NCBI GenBank assembly: GCA_964035575.1
Contig: OZ037838.1
Coordinates: forward strand, 434,001 to 498,000
Direction: 5' to 3'
Source: Rhynchopus sp. YZ270_cl-10
Lineage: Eukaryota
DNA length: 64,000 nucleotides
The stretch's first letter is position 1, and every line of letters starts with the position of its first letter. The notes beneath the pieces are model-generated. The model was not told the origin of the DNA and ran no database searches. It worked only from the letters and a program-made list of their open reading frames with translations. Of this stretch, positions 47,491 to 58,748 are shown one piece after another. A program made the translations under genes and the position numbers.

Positions 47491-50400
47491 TTAGAAAAAC
47501 ATGCGTGACTTTAAGTTTGTACCAAAAACCAGGGTGCTGATATAAAATTATTATGCACAGGTCATCACGTTTCTAAGGCATGCCATGTATTTCCTCCGCC
47601 CCCTGAAATGTGCTGAAATCAACTTTCGGTGTCCTGCTGAGAAAATTGCGGGGTCGCAAGATATTTTTAGTGGAAAAATATCATGGTTACTGCTTACAGT
47701 AAACTGCCTCCAAAAAAGAGACTTCGCAGAAGATGAGTCATACCTCGGGTATGTGTAAAAAAGTCCTTTGGTCACCCCATAGTTGTACTAAAAATAGAGC
47801 TGTGGTCTGTGGATCAAGGAGGCCTGTGTAAAATTCTGGGATCTCGATGGGATCTCTCTAGTGTTAGAGGGTCCAGCCTTGTGTGAGCCTCTTCCGTCTT
47901 GCATCAAGTTGGGCCCCGAAGGGGCCCAGTCAAAAAGTACCCCCTAAATTTGTTTCCAATGATTCTTGAATCAATGAAATACCCGAAGGTACCACCAAAA
48001 TATATATCATCAACACCAAAGCTTAGCGAACCCTTTTCATTTTTTCGACTCGCTCGGCCCAGAGGCACATTTTTCATCGTGCGACCCCGCATTTGAAAGA
48101 TTTTGCTACCTCTGAATCGAAAGCCACAAAATTTGGGGGTAAATACTTTTTTGTTCATGACCAAAATGCTGGTAAGAATATAAATATACTCAGGCGTGCC
48201 TGAGGCGTACTTAAACGTAACCAATCCCGAGTACGCCTCAGGCACGCCTGAGTATTTATTTTCAGGCCTTGGCGAGGCCGACTCGGCCTCGTTGCATTGT
48301 ATGATCTATGAACGGGGAGAGATTTTTTCACAAGCTCTCACTACGTTCCGAGGGGGTTTTTGTACTTTAGTGGTGTGGCTGGCAACATGTATTCTGTGGT
48401 GGTCAAAAGTGCAATGTTCCTTCTCCAATGGACTGGGACAATATGGTCAGATCACTCTTCAAACCACCTGGAAAAGTGCACGGCATCTAAAAATTTCCGC
48501 CTGCGGCGGGAAGCCTCGACCCGTTTTCACCCTTTTCTTGTTCCTTATCCCCATATTTAAAATAGCCCTGCTTTCATGTGGTGGTATGCTTCCGTGCTGG
48601 TATGGTGTACCATTTTGCGCCCAGAGTAATTTAAGCGTAATTATATCTTAAACAGGTGTGGATAATTCCTGAGCGCGGAATTAACCCGTCGCATTTGTGA
48701 TCGACCTGTGGGCTCGTTTGCTCATGTCCGCCACCACTGTGCCGCCTAAAGCCGCGAGGCTTATCACCCCTCTGTCGTGGTGGGTGCATTTTGCGAATCA
48801 ATCGGTAGGTGTAATGTGAGTACGTAGACTGAACGTGTGCCCAGGTAGGCACAGGTCAGATGCGGATAGCACCAGGTGTGCACGGTTGTGTTTGGGGTAA
48901 AATGCTACAAAAAATCGCGATTTTACTCCCGGGGATTAATCGCGAATTTTGTCGCGATTAATCGCGAAAACTCTCCGTAAAAAAAAAAAAAAACACTCTC
49001 GAAAACAGGCCTGGGCCTAAAGTGGGTGCCCGGGGCCCGATTTTGATTTTATTTTATTTTTTCTAAGGATTTTACACGGGGGAAAAATTATTTTTTCTAA
49101 GGATTTTATACGGGGAAAATTTATTTTTCTAAGGGTTTTTCTTAGGGGAAAAAGTCTGGGGGGTCGGGCCGGGCCCCGTGTGGCTGAGAATAACTCGCAC
49201 TCTGCCCGGGAGTGCGGTACCAAGCCATAATGAACAAAAAAAGTCTCCACCCCGCTTCCTTCGGTCTCGTCCCTTTCGCCTCCCGCACAACAGAATAAAT
49301 AATAATACAGTATGGTGCGTGTGACTGCAAACGTCGAGGGAACCTTGCTTCTTGCAGTGCTGCAAGTGCTCGCCACCACGGTGGTAGCAAAGTGCATTGC
49401 GTTGGCGCACTTGGGCAGGCCCTGACGGCACTGAGGAACGAAAAAGAAAAATAATTCAGCGCCTCCCAGGTCTGCACCTTTAAAAAAAATTTGCCTGCGG
49501 CGCCATTTTCCCTTTTTTGCTCTGCAAAAAAGGATTCGCTGAGTGGCTTTGTGGTATAAAAGCTGCATTTTTTATACTGTACCCTAATTTTTTTTCGCCT
49601 GCGGCGCCGTTTTATATTCATCCCGAACATTCGGGGTGCACGTAGCGCGTAGCGCGCCCGGGTTTAGGACCCCTTCTTGAATTTCGAGGGGGCGGTTCAC
49701 GTTACAGTGGGTCCAGAATCATAGTTCAATTTAACCCCGCTAAGCAACTCGCTGGTGGTAATGACCAAAACGTGTATCAGCCAAGAACTTGCCCATTTTT
49801 TTCAAAATGAACCCGTGACAGTGAGGGTAAAAGCTCGGAAAACCCGAAAAAGGCCAAAAAAAAACCCCCGAAAAGGGAAAACCGAGAACATATTTCGGCA
49901 GGGGGCAGCGTGTTCTCAGAAAAATCCAAAAATTGCCTGTAAAAATCCTTAGAAAAAACCTGGGTGCCCGATCCAAAAAAATGGAAAAAACCCCAGGGTG
50001 CCCGCCCACCCCTGCTCGAAAACTCTCGAAACCAATAAAACACTCACGGGGAGTTCGTTTTTTTTGATTTTTTGCCAAACTCCCCGTGACTCCCCGGGAT
50101 TTCAATGTATGACCTTCTTTAATTTCCCCACCACTCACAACTTCACTTTTAAACAGGTATCGCGAGTGCAACATCGAGAACCAACTGCGCAGAACGAGCG
50201 AACATATTGGACATTTATATTGCGAACACATTGAACCTTCGCCGCTCTCCGACATTCGGGAACTCAAAATTCAAAGGGCGTTCACCGGCATCAATCTGTC
50301 GGGAGAATATCTACGGTGAAAAGGGGGTGGGAACACTTTGTTAGTCACTGCTATAGCCATTAACCCAGGGAGCATAGCTAGTGCAAGAAATTCGACTTTG

Positions 50401-51524
50401 GCAACCTTCCGGAAAGTCTGTCCTCTGCTCGCGGAGGACTAGACACAAGAAAATATTGCGTTCCCCCAGAAAACCAGTGCACAATTCACACTCCTTGTGG
50501 GTGGTCTTGTTGCCTTTTCGTCATAGTAATTTTGGCCCAGGCATGCTCTTGAAGCATGACAATTTAGTGTGTATGGGGCAGGGTGTTGTTTTGTTCTGAA
50601 TTCTCTTTGTTATAACATCTAAGTCAATCGCGGGTGGTGGTTTGTGTAGCGTGAGGCACTCTTTTTAGCAAACTTCCTGCGGCTGCTAAAGTGTTATTTC
50701 TTCGGATTTAACAACGTACAGCGTAACATAGTGGTTTCGCCTGGTCGACACAACCTTTGATAGATATGGGATAACCAACCCCCTTCGACCCCTCGTGGGT
50801 TCACTGAACAAGCCCTAGTGGTAGTTAAACGCGATTGACATTTACATTCCTAGAGATGAAAGAACAAGACAACACTTCTGTACCCGCGCATCAAAATTGT
50901 GGAAAACTTTGCACCCCAAACACCCTCAACAACGCCCGCCAAAAGGCGCCCCTTGTTGCTGGGAGTTGATTCTCATGATACCTGCACAGCGGGCATTCCT
51001 CTGAGTCCAACGCATGTTTGGCCTGTCTGCGGCGTTGTACTTCAGGTGCACGAAGACAGGGTCTGGTGGTAAATTTTGCGTAGTACTGCGACGTGGTACT
51101 GCGCGGGTCTGGGAACCTGGGTACCTGGGTACAGGATATTTGTTGTGAAAGACATCTTCCACCATGCATTGAGGAGGGTAAGACAGTGGTCGCAGTTTCT
51201 ACTTGATAGCATTACAACATTTAACTTCTCCACGGGGGTCTTGGGCCGTTCACTCGGTTCTACCTTGACTACCGGAAGATATTCTTGAGGCCTTTTTGGT
51301 CTCTAGAATATCCGGTCTTCCCGAACGGAGGCACACTTTGTGTGTTACTACGACCTGGCAATTTCCAGCAGTAGGTTAAGTAATCTTTCTTGTAAATTGT
51401 TGGATCATTATCTCCTCAGTGCATGAATGCCCCACGTGACTGGACACTTTTGTGTTTGTCATGTGGAGCTGTGGTTGCTCTTTCACGACTTTTTTCCTGT
51501 TCCTGGGTACCTGGACCTGGACCT

Positions 51525-52002
51525 CTGGTATCTGGGTATCTGGGTATCTGGGTATCTGGGTATCTGGGTATCTGGGTATCTGGGTATCTGGGTATCTGGG
51601 TATCTGGGTATCTGGGTATCTGGGTATCTGGGTATCTGGGTATCTGGGTATCTGGGTATCTGGGTATCTGGGTATCTGGGTATCTGGGTATCTGGGTATC
51701 TGGGTATCTGGGTATCTGGGTATCTGGGTATCTGGGTATCTGGGTATCTGGGTATCTGGGTATCTGGGTATCTGGGTATCTGGGTATCTGGGTATCTGGG
51801 TATCTGGGTATCTGGGTATCTGGGTATCTGGGTATCTGGGTATCTGGGTATCTGGGTATCTGGGTATCTGGGTATCTGGGTATCTGGGTATCTGGGTATC
51901 TGGGTATCTGGGTATCTGGGTATCTGGGTATCTGGGTATCTGGGTATCTGGGTATCTGGGTATCTGGGTATCTGGGTATCTGGGTATCTGGGTATCTGGG
52001 TA
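51525..52002 (+). repeat. (CTGGGTAT)n 8-bp array, ~59 units, abutting the right MULE TIR
   Basis: Read directly from the sequence. Confidence 0.97.
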
Positions 52003-52062
52003 CCCAGTACCCAGGTACCCAAAATATTTTCGATGATACCCATTTTTTCTTTTCTTTAATAC

Positions 52063-52535
52063 CATAGATGGTAGTCGGCCCGAGTCGGGCCGAGTTTTTG
52101 GAAAATCTGGGAGTCGGGCCGACTCGGGCCGACTTTTTTTTTTTTTATTTTTTTTTTCAAAAGTCGGGCCGACTCGGGCCGAGTCGAAAAAAAAAATTTT
52201 TTTTTAAAAAAAGTCGGCCCGAGTCGAAAAAAAAACTCGGCCCGAGTCGGCCCGAGTCAGCCCGAGTCGGGCCGAGTCGGCCCGACTCGGGTCCCTTCGG
52301 CCCCCCCACAGTAAAATCTTTTCCAAAAAAATAAAAACCAAAAAAAAAACCCAAAAAAAAAAAAACCAAAAAAAATTCGACTCGGCCCGACTCGGGCCGA
52401 CTTTTTTTTGAGTCGGGCCGAGTTTTTTCGACTCGGCCCGACTCGGGCCGACCCTGAAAAAAAATTTTTTGAAAAAAAAAATAACGAAAAGTGGTCGGCC
52501 CGAGTCGGCCCGACTCGGCCCGACTACCATCTATG
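52063..52535. mobile_element. CATA-terminated MITE inserted in the right MULE TIR
   Basis: TIR CATAGATGGTAGTCGG; TSD TAATAC (52057-52062, 52536-52541); the left MULE TIR shows the empty site. Confidence 0.92.
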
Positions 52536-52874
52536 TAATACCCACTTTTTATTTTCGTTAGTACCCACTTTTGAAAAATGGGTATTAACGAAAATGGGTA
52601 CTAGGAAAATGGGTACCACCGGATTTAACCCTAAAGACAAAAGGGAGAGGTTGTGGTGAAACGCACACACCTCGACCTGTCGGTGAAATGTGGCTCTACT
52701 CCAACCCGCCCCGGATTAGAAAAATGGAAAAAAGGATGGGAGTAGGGAGCGGTGTTCAATTTCCTTTTAGCATTGCATGTAATCATACAAAAAAAAGGGG
52801 GAAAGGGGGCGCAATGTCTTTTGAGTTAGTGGTAGTCGTTATGGTGTCACCACCCTCCCACCCCTGGCGAAACA

Positions 52875-54011
52875 TCACTCACTGTTGTGTGGATACAGAT
52901 GTCTGGTGAAAATGGAGGAGCCGTCGCCAAACACAACCACACATGAACATGGGGATATCGCAAACGATGAACTGCTTGCATTCTTAATCACACGCACACA
53001 GGACATGTTTGCCACATCATACTGGTGAAGGTCGAAGTCCCAACAAAAATCAGACATCATGTTCGAGATATTGACCACAAGGTACTTCCCACACGGGGTG
53101 AACTGCATGCTCTCAATATCCCCACCTACATCAACGCTGCGAAGAGCCACACCACTCCAATCATAGAGGTGCACGGTGTTTTCCTCCCCCTCCACAGCAA
53201 AGACAGAGGCAGAACGTGAAAGCGCCACTTGGCATTGCCCCTCTGCAGGCACACATGCCACAGCTTCACCTGTGTTCACATCCCACAGACGAGCGTTGCC
53301 ATCGTTGTCGGACTCGGAATCGGAGGAGGTGATCACCCACCCACCACAGTCCGACACGGCCGCTCCCTCACAGCCTTTGTGCGAGAGAGAGCGAAGCAAC
53401 GTCAGGTCTTCGTCATACACAGAGACGCCAATGTCGCCTTCAAACGAGAAAACAACACCGCCACACGCAAACACTGCGGAGGAGGGTCCGTCGACTTTGC
53501 GGAGCACCTCCCCACCCGGAAGCGCAACCTCGTGCATGCCTTCCCTGCACGCCAGGTAGCAGCGTGTCTTGCACCGTGAGATGGCAGGTAGACTGTACAC
53601 CCCATTGTCTACTTTGAACTTGAAGGCAGGGCTGAAGGTTTCTGTATCGAGGCCGGTGACATAGCCTGCCCTCTGTGTAAAGAGACAGAGTGCTCCACAA
53701 GGAGACAGCAATACGTGAACTATATTCGCTTGATACTTTAACTCTGGCATCTCTAGACTGTACTCAGCAGGACACTTGATGTCAGCAAAGCGGCGGGCAA
53801 GCACAACCTGCACCCCTGCATCAAACGCAGTGTCCTGCAGACGGCACGTCCCCTCCAGCACCTGCGTGCCGATGCGCATCTCGACAGACGCAGGCGAGAC
53901 AGCAAGCGCCGTGCACGCAACCTCCTTTGCCGCTGCAACGTCCGCCTCGCACGGCACCTCCACTGTCGCAGTCACGCCTGACTCTTCCAGCACAAAGGTC
54001 ACATCCATCAT
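52875..54011 (-). CDS. UBL-propeller copy 12 (378 aa)
   Basis: Intact ORF. Confidence 0.85.
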   Translation of the reverse strand: MMDVTFVLEESGVTATVEVPCEADVAAAKEVACTALAVSPASVEMRIGTQVLEGTCRLQDTAFDAGVQVVLARRFADIKCPAEYSLEMPELKYQANIVHVLLSPCGALCLFTQRAGYVTGLDTETFSPAFKFKVDNGVYSLPAISRCKTRCYLACREGMHEVALPGGEVLRKVDGPSSAVFACGGVVFSFEGDIGVSVYDEDLTLLRSLSHKGCEGAAVSDCGGWVITSSDSESDNDGNARLWDVNTGEAVACVPAEGQCQVALSRSASVFAVEGEENTVHLYDWSGVALRSVDVGGDIESMQFTPCGKYLVVNISNMMSDFCWDFDLHQYDVANMSCVRVIKNASSSSFAISPCSCVVVFGDGSSIFTRHLYPHNSE

Positions 54012-54995
54012 ATTGTTCAGGGCTCTGTTGTGTTTGATGTGATGGTTGGTGGTGTCACTTCGCAACGACAAATAAGAAGGTTGGTGGGTTAAATACGTGT
54101 TTCAACAAACTCTGATAAAGCAAGCAATTTGAAGATACCCTGCGGCAAACACACAGGAGTGAGGTGTGTGAGGTGGGCGACCTGTGGCAGGTAAACAAGA
54201 GAAAAGCAGCAACAGGGCCGAAAGGGGGGTTTCTTGGGGGTGTTTTTTTTTATTGTCCTTTTGTCAAAATCTCTTGTTTTTCTCTTTGTCTATTTTTCCT
54301 GCATTTTTTATTCTCTTCTTTGTACTTTCTTTTGTTTTGGTTGTTGTTAGATAAGCTCAATCGCCTATCGAGTTCTGTGAATAGCACGGAACTCCTTTCC
54401 AGGTGTATCCATGGAAAGACAGTATCATATGTGATACCGTCGCCGGAGGCCACGAGAAGGAGCTTTGCAGGGGCTTTCGCGCGGGGGGGCGGGCGGGCGG
54501 TCAAAAGTGCAGACGGTTTTCACAAAGGGTATTTCAATACCACCAAAAGTGCTGTGTGCTTTTCCTGAAGTACGGACGAGGATGGATGCGATCAATAAAC
54601 AACATCCAACAAACAACGAATAACACTCAATCCCAAATTTTTGTCCATACTGGGTACTTTTCTAAATAAAGAACAACTATTCAAAACTGTAAAATTCTTG
54701 CTTTAATTGATTTTTTGGGGTACCTCCCATCTACAGTCAAAAAAAATCGAGCAGATTCGTTGAGTGACTAAAACCTCAGAACCCATAGAGAGAGGGACCC
54801 TGGTTCCCTGTAATTCCTTAAGGAAATGTCTTTGCCATTTTCAAAAATATTATGGCCGCAAAAATGGCAGTATGTAATCTGTGGTCCTCAAAAGTGCAAA
54901 ATTCTTGCTCCAATGGATTCTCCGGGTATATATTGTACCTGGAGAATATGGTCAGATCACTCTTCAGACCATCTGGGGTATGGTCACACACAGGT

Positions 54996-55393
54996 AGTAT
55001 ACACAGTATACACAGTATACACAGTATACACAGTATACACAGTATACACAGTATACACAGTATACACAGTATACACAGTATACACAGTATACACAGTATA
55101 CACAGTATACACAGTATACACAGTATACACAGTATACACAGTATACACAGTATACACAGTATACACAGTATACACAGTATACACAGTATACACAGTATAC
55201 ACAGTATACACAGTATACACAGTATACACAGTATACACAGTATACACAGTATACACAGTATACACAGTATACACAGTATACACAGTATACACAGTATACA
55301 CAGTATACACAGTATACACAGTATACACAGTATACACAGTATACACAGTATACACAGTATACACAGTATACACAGTATACACAGTATACACAG
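54996..55393 (+). repeat. (TATACACAG)n 9-bp array, ~44 units
   Basis: Read directly from the sequence. Confidence 0.97.
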
Positions 55394-55402
55394 GGGATTG
55401 GG

Positions 55403-55828
55403 ACACAGTACACAGTACACAGTACACAGTACACAGTACACAGTACACAGTACACAGTACACAGTACACAGTACACAGTACACAGTACACAGTACACAGT
55501 ACACAGTACACAGTACACAGTACACAGTACACAGTACACAGTACACAGTACACAGTACACAGTACACAGTACACAGTACACAGTACACAGTACACAGTAC
55601 ACAGTACACAGTACACAGTACACAGTACACAGTACACAGTACACAGTACACAGTACACAGTACACAGTACACAGTACACAGTACACAGTACACAGTACAC
55701 AGTACACAGTACACAGTACACAGTACACAGTACACAGTACACAGTACACAGTACACAGTACACAGTACACAGTACACAGTACACAGTACACAGTACACAG
55801 TACACAGTACACAGTACACAGTACACAG
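55403..55828 (+). repeat. (TACACAG)n 7-bp array, ~61 units, left flank of the retrotransposon
   Basis: Read directly from the sequence. Confidence 0.97.
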
Positions 55829-55910
55829 GAATAGCTTTAGCCTACTCAAAAATGTTCCTTTATTTTTTCTTTTAATCATATACTTGCAAAAAGACGTTGG
55901 GGTAAATCGG

Positions 55911-57573
55911 CTAGGCCGAGCTAGTCGAATCCGCCCCGACGCCAGTAAAGAACAACCGCACCGCACGTTGGACCTCAAACATGAGGTTGGGAGAGGAGAG
56001 GGAGGAAGGGGGAACACGAGAGGGTTTGTCAGCAGGGTTGAGCTTGGTACTGATCCACTGTAATGAAATTGTACACCACAAGTGCTCCAAACGCGCAAGA
56101 GCTTGCACCACCGCGTCATTCAGAATCTTGGATGCCGTACAAATTTTCTTCCGGGCCACACCCACCACAGAAGTGTTGTCAACCCAGATATCCACCTTAC
56201 CACCGGCCGCGGAGTCGGGAAGGGCGGCTATAGTGTTACGCAACGCAAGAGCTTCCAGCACATTAATGTGTAGCTCAGACTCCTGGGAGTCCCAACTAGC
56301 ACCTACAATAGTCATTTCGTTGCTACGGCGGTCCACAATGACACCGCCCCAACCCTTCAGAGAAGCATCAATAAAAACAGCAAGGGAAGAATGGGGGGAG
56401 GGGGGCTTAAAAACACGCGGCATACACACAGCGGAGCGCCAACTGGCTAACTCCTTACGCACCGAAGCAGGGATAACAATAGAGTCGCTGGGCAGACGTC
56501 TGCCCGCATTGAGAGCGTTCGAAATACGCCTCAAAAACTTCACCGTAAACCAAAACTTTCCCGGAAAGACCCCCGCAATGGCGGTGGCGTGCAGCAGTCT
56601 GCCCGCCAGGGACTCCAAAGAACTCGCAGATGCAACACTTAACTCAAGGGAAAAAATTTTGTCCAACAGTTTGGGAGAGGGGGTCACTGAACTGGACGTA
56701 TGCTTAAAATCAACACCAATAAACACATATGACTCACTAGCCGTGACAGAGTCCTCCGGCTTCCACGTAATCCCACAGCTGCTGGCGCGAGAGTCCATCC
56801 GCTTCGTTGCAGCAACTACGTCGTCACGCGACCCACACAAGCGCACTCCATCGATCCACGTATGCACGGTCACTCCCTGCGCGACGTGCTTCTCTTGGAC
56901 ATATGCGGGGTCGCCTCCGATCACTGCTGTGATGGTGTGCATGAGCTCTGGGGCGCAGGAGTGACCCATCGGTAGTCTCGTCAGCTCCCACCAAACACCA
57001 TTGTCGTCCGTGTAGCGGAAGTAGCGGCGAGACTCAGTTGGGATTTCGACCTGGAAAAACCCGCATCGCAGGTCGCGAACACTACCACACTCCTTCTCAA
57101 CCGCAGACAAGTACCTCGACACATGACCCAGAGGCACCTGAGCTTCATAGCCGGCAGCATCCAAGACGTCATTGGCCTCACGAGTCCAGAGGATGAATCG
57201 TTGGCGGAGACCTGTGGGCTTCTCTTCCACAACAGTGAAGGGGATGTTGCAGCATACTCCGGGTCCGTCTGCACGCACAGCTATGCCTGTATCCTGGAGT
57301 ACAGCGGCGTGTTCTGCACTCAGACGAGAAGGATGTGCAGAAGCCTCTCCTGACAGCTCCGTGGGGTAGAAAGCTGCCTGCCAAACCTCGTTGAACCTGT
57401 CCAGGATGGCAGGACGCATCATGCCTTTGACTCTGCTCAATACCAAGGGGGACACGTTCACAGCATGCAGGGGGGAGGCCCGTTCTTCGTCCGTGCAGGG
57501 GAGGCGGGTGTGTTGGGACCGCTTGGTGATGCGGTGTTGCTTGCGGGCGAACTTGTCCACCATCACAGCCATT
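55911..57573 (-). CDS. Reverse transcriptase + RNase H (C-terminal part of the 918-aa open frame 55911-58667)
   Basis: RT motifs RQRFILW, DLRCGFFQV, RLPMGH, WIDG, FIGVDF; DIRS-type RNase H motifs FIDASLKGWG, HINVLE, VDNTS, NPADKPSR. Confidence 0.9.
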
Positions 57574-58390
57574 TCGTCACGTCCTGCGTGCCGATTGCTT
57601 TCGCCAGAGCGACTGGGTCCCCTGCGTACCTGATGGTGGTGGGCGACAGCGCAACCTCCACCTTGTGCTTCGCCAGCACGGAAATGAGGGAGGGGTTCAC
57701 GGGCTTTTTCTCCGCCAGCAACGACAGGAGATGGGTCACTGCCCCTCTCTTGATGCTGTGCCCCGAGAATGAGGTCATCCCTGGCGTGTGGTGCCACTTC
57801 TCCGTCAGCGCCTCGGTGGTGGTCTCCGTGAGGTAGCGGAAGGGCTTCAGCCGTCCGTAGAGGGACGCAATTTTCTCCGTGAGCGCGCCTGTCACCACTA
57901 CCAACTTCGACGGCGTGAAGGGGTCCCCCCGGCGCCCCTTCGGTAGGGTGTGCCAATCCACTATCACCTCTGTGGGCGTCACCTTCACAAACTGCTCTGA
58001 TCCCAACTTCTGCACTTCGTCCCAACGGCTGGCCGTTTTCCAAGCTAGCATTGCGCAGAGGCACAGGTCGTTCTGCTGGTGCTCTGCCCACTGGAGGAGG
58101 GTTCTGCGAGGAATCGGGGTGGCTTGGCTTGTGGGAATTGCCGCCCCTGCGGCCCGCAGCGCTGCTGCAAAGCTGAGCAGCGGTTGGTTGCCCAGGCCGA
58201 TGTGGGTGAAGGTGCCTGATAGGGCCTTGGCGTAGGTGAGCTGCCCTTGCTTTGACACTTGAGTGGCAAGGACGAACAACACCGCTGTGTCGGCTGTCAT
58301 CGGCAGCTGGTGCAGGCCCGTCTGCGAACCTGGACCACAGGTATTTGCGTTGTTGCGACGTGCGCTTGGCCCACATGTCCTCCACCACGC
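57563..58390 (-). CDS. Tyrosine recombinase catalytic domain (N-terminus probably supplied from another frame)
   Basis: Catalytic R (TASRWDE), K (LPKG), HSIKR, LAKH and TTIRY all present. Confidence 0.88.
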   Translation of the reverse strand, partial: AWWRTCGPSARRNNANTCGPGSQTGLHQLPMTADTAVLFVLATQVSKQGQLTYAKALSGTFTHIGLGNQPLLSFAAALRAAGAAIPTSQATPIPRRTLLQWAEHQQNDLCLCAMLAWKTASRWDEVQKLGSEQFVKVTPTEVIVDWHTLPKGRRGDPFTPSKLVVVTGALTEKIASLYGRLKPFRYLTETTTEALTEKWHHTPGMTSFSGHSIKRGAVTHLLSLLAEKKPVNPSLISVLAKHKVEVALSPTTIRYAGDPVALAKAIGTQDVTKWL

Positions 58391-58748
58391 CTAGCAGCCA
58401 CTCGGTCGCTTGCTTCGGGTTGACCTCTGTCTCCTTCACTCGAGATATGGGACGCACCCGCCCGGAGGTGGCTACATGCGTCAGTACGGCCTCTCCAAAA
58501 AGAGATGGGGGGGTAATACCGGGATGGGGGTATCTGTGTGGTGTGGTATGTGTGTTGGGGGGGGGGCTGCGCGGCGGCATTGCTGCTGGGGGCTGCAGTG
58601 ACCCTTGACTTGGCGGGGAGGCGGGCGGGCACAGCTGCATCGGAGGTGGACACCTTCGTTTGTACACGCGCGTTGGTGGGGCGGTTGGGACAATGGGAAT
58701 AACTTGCTGGGGATGTACAGGGGGGGCGGGCCGAGAAGAGGGGGGGAG

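Larger units (their letters stand above)
45767..48303. mobile_element. CATA-terminated element with 6-bp TSD, nested in 45488-50111
   Basis: TIR CATACAATGCAACGAGGCCG; TSD ATCTAT; subterminal GCCTGAGGCGTAC repeats. Confidence 0.9.
45488..50111. mobile_element. CATA-terminated element with 6-bp TSD
   Basis: TIR CATACATTGAAATCCC(C/G)GGGAGTC; TSD ACCTTC (45482-45487, 50112-50117). Confidence 0.88.
44973..52631. mobile_element. Mutator (MULE)-like non-autonomous composite element
   Basis: ~130-bp TIRs (GGGTT..TACCCATTTTCCTAGTACCCATTTTCGTTAATACCC..); 9-bp TSD TAAAGACAA; paralogous empty site at ~40300-40450. Confidence 0.85.
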
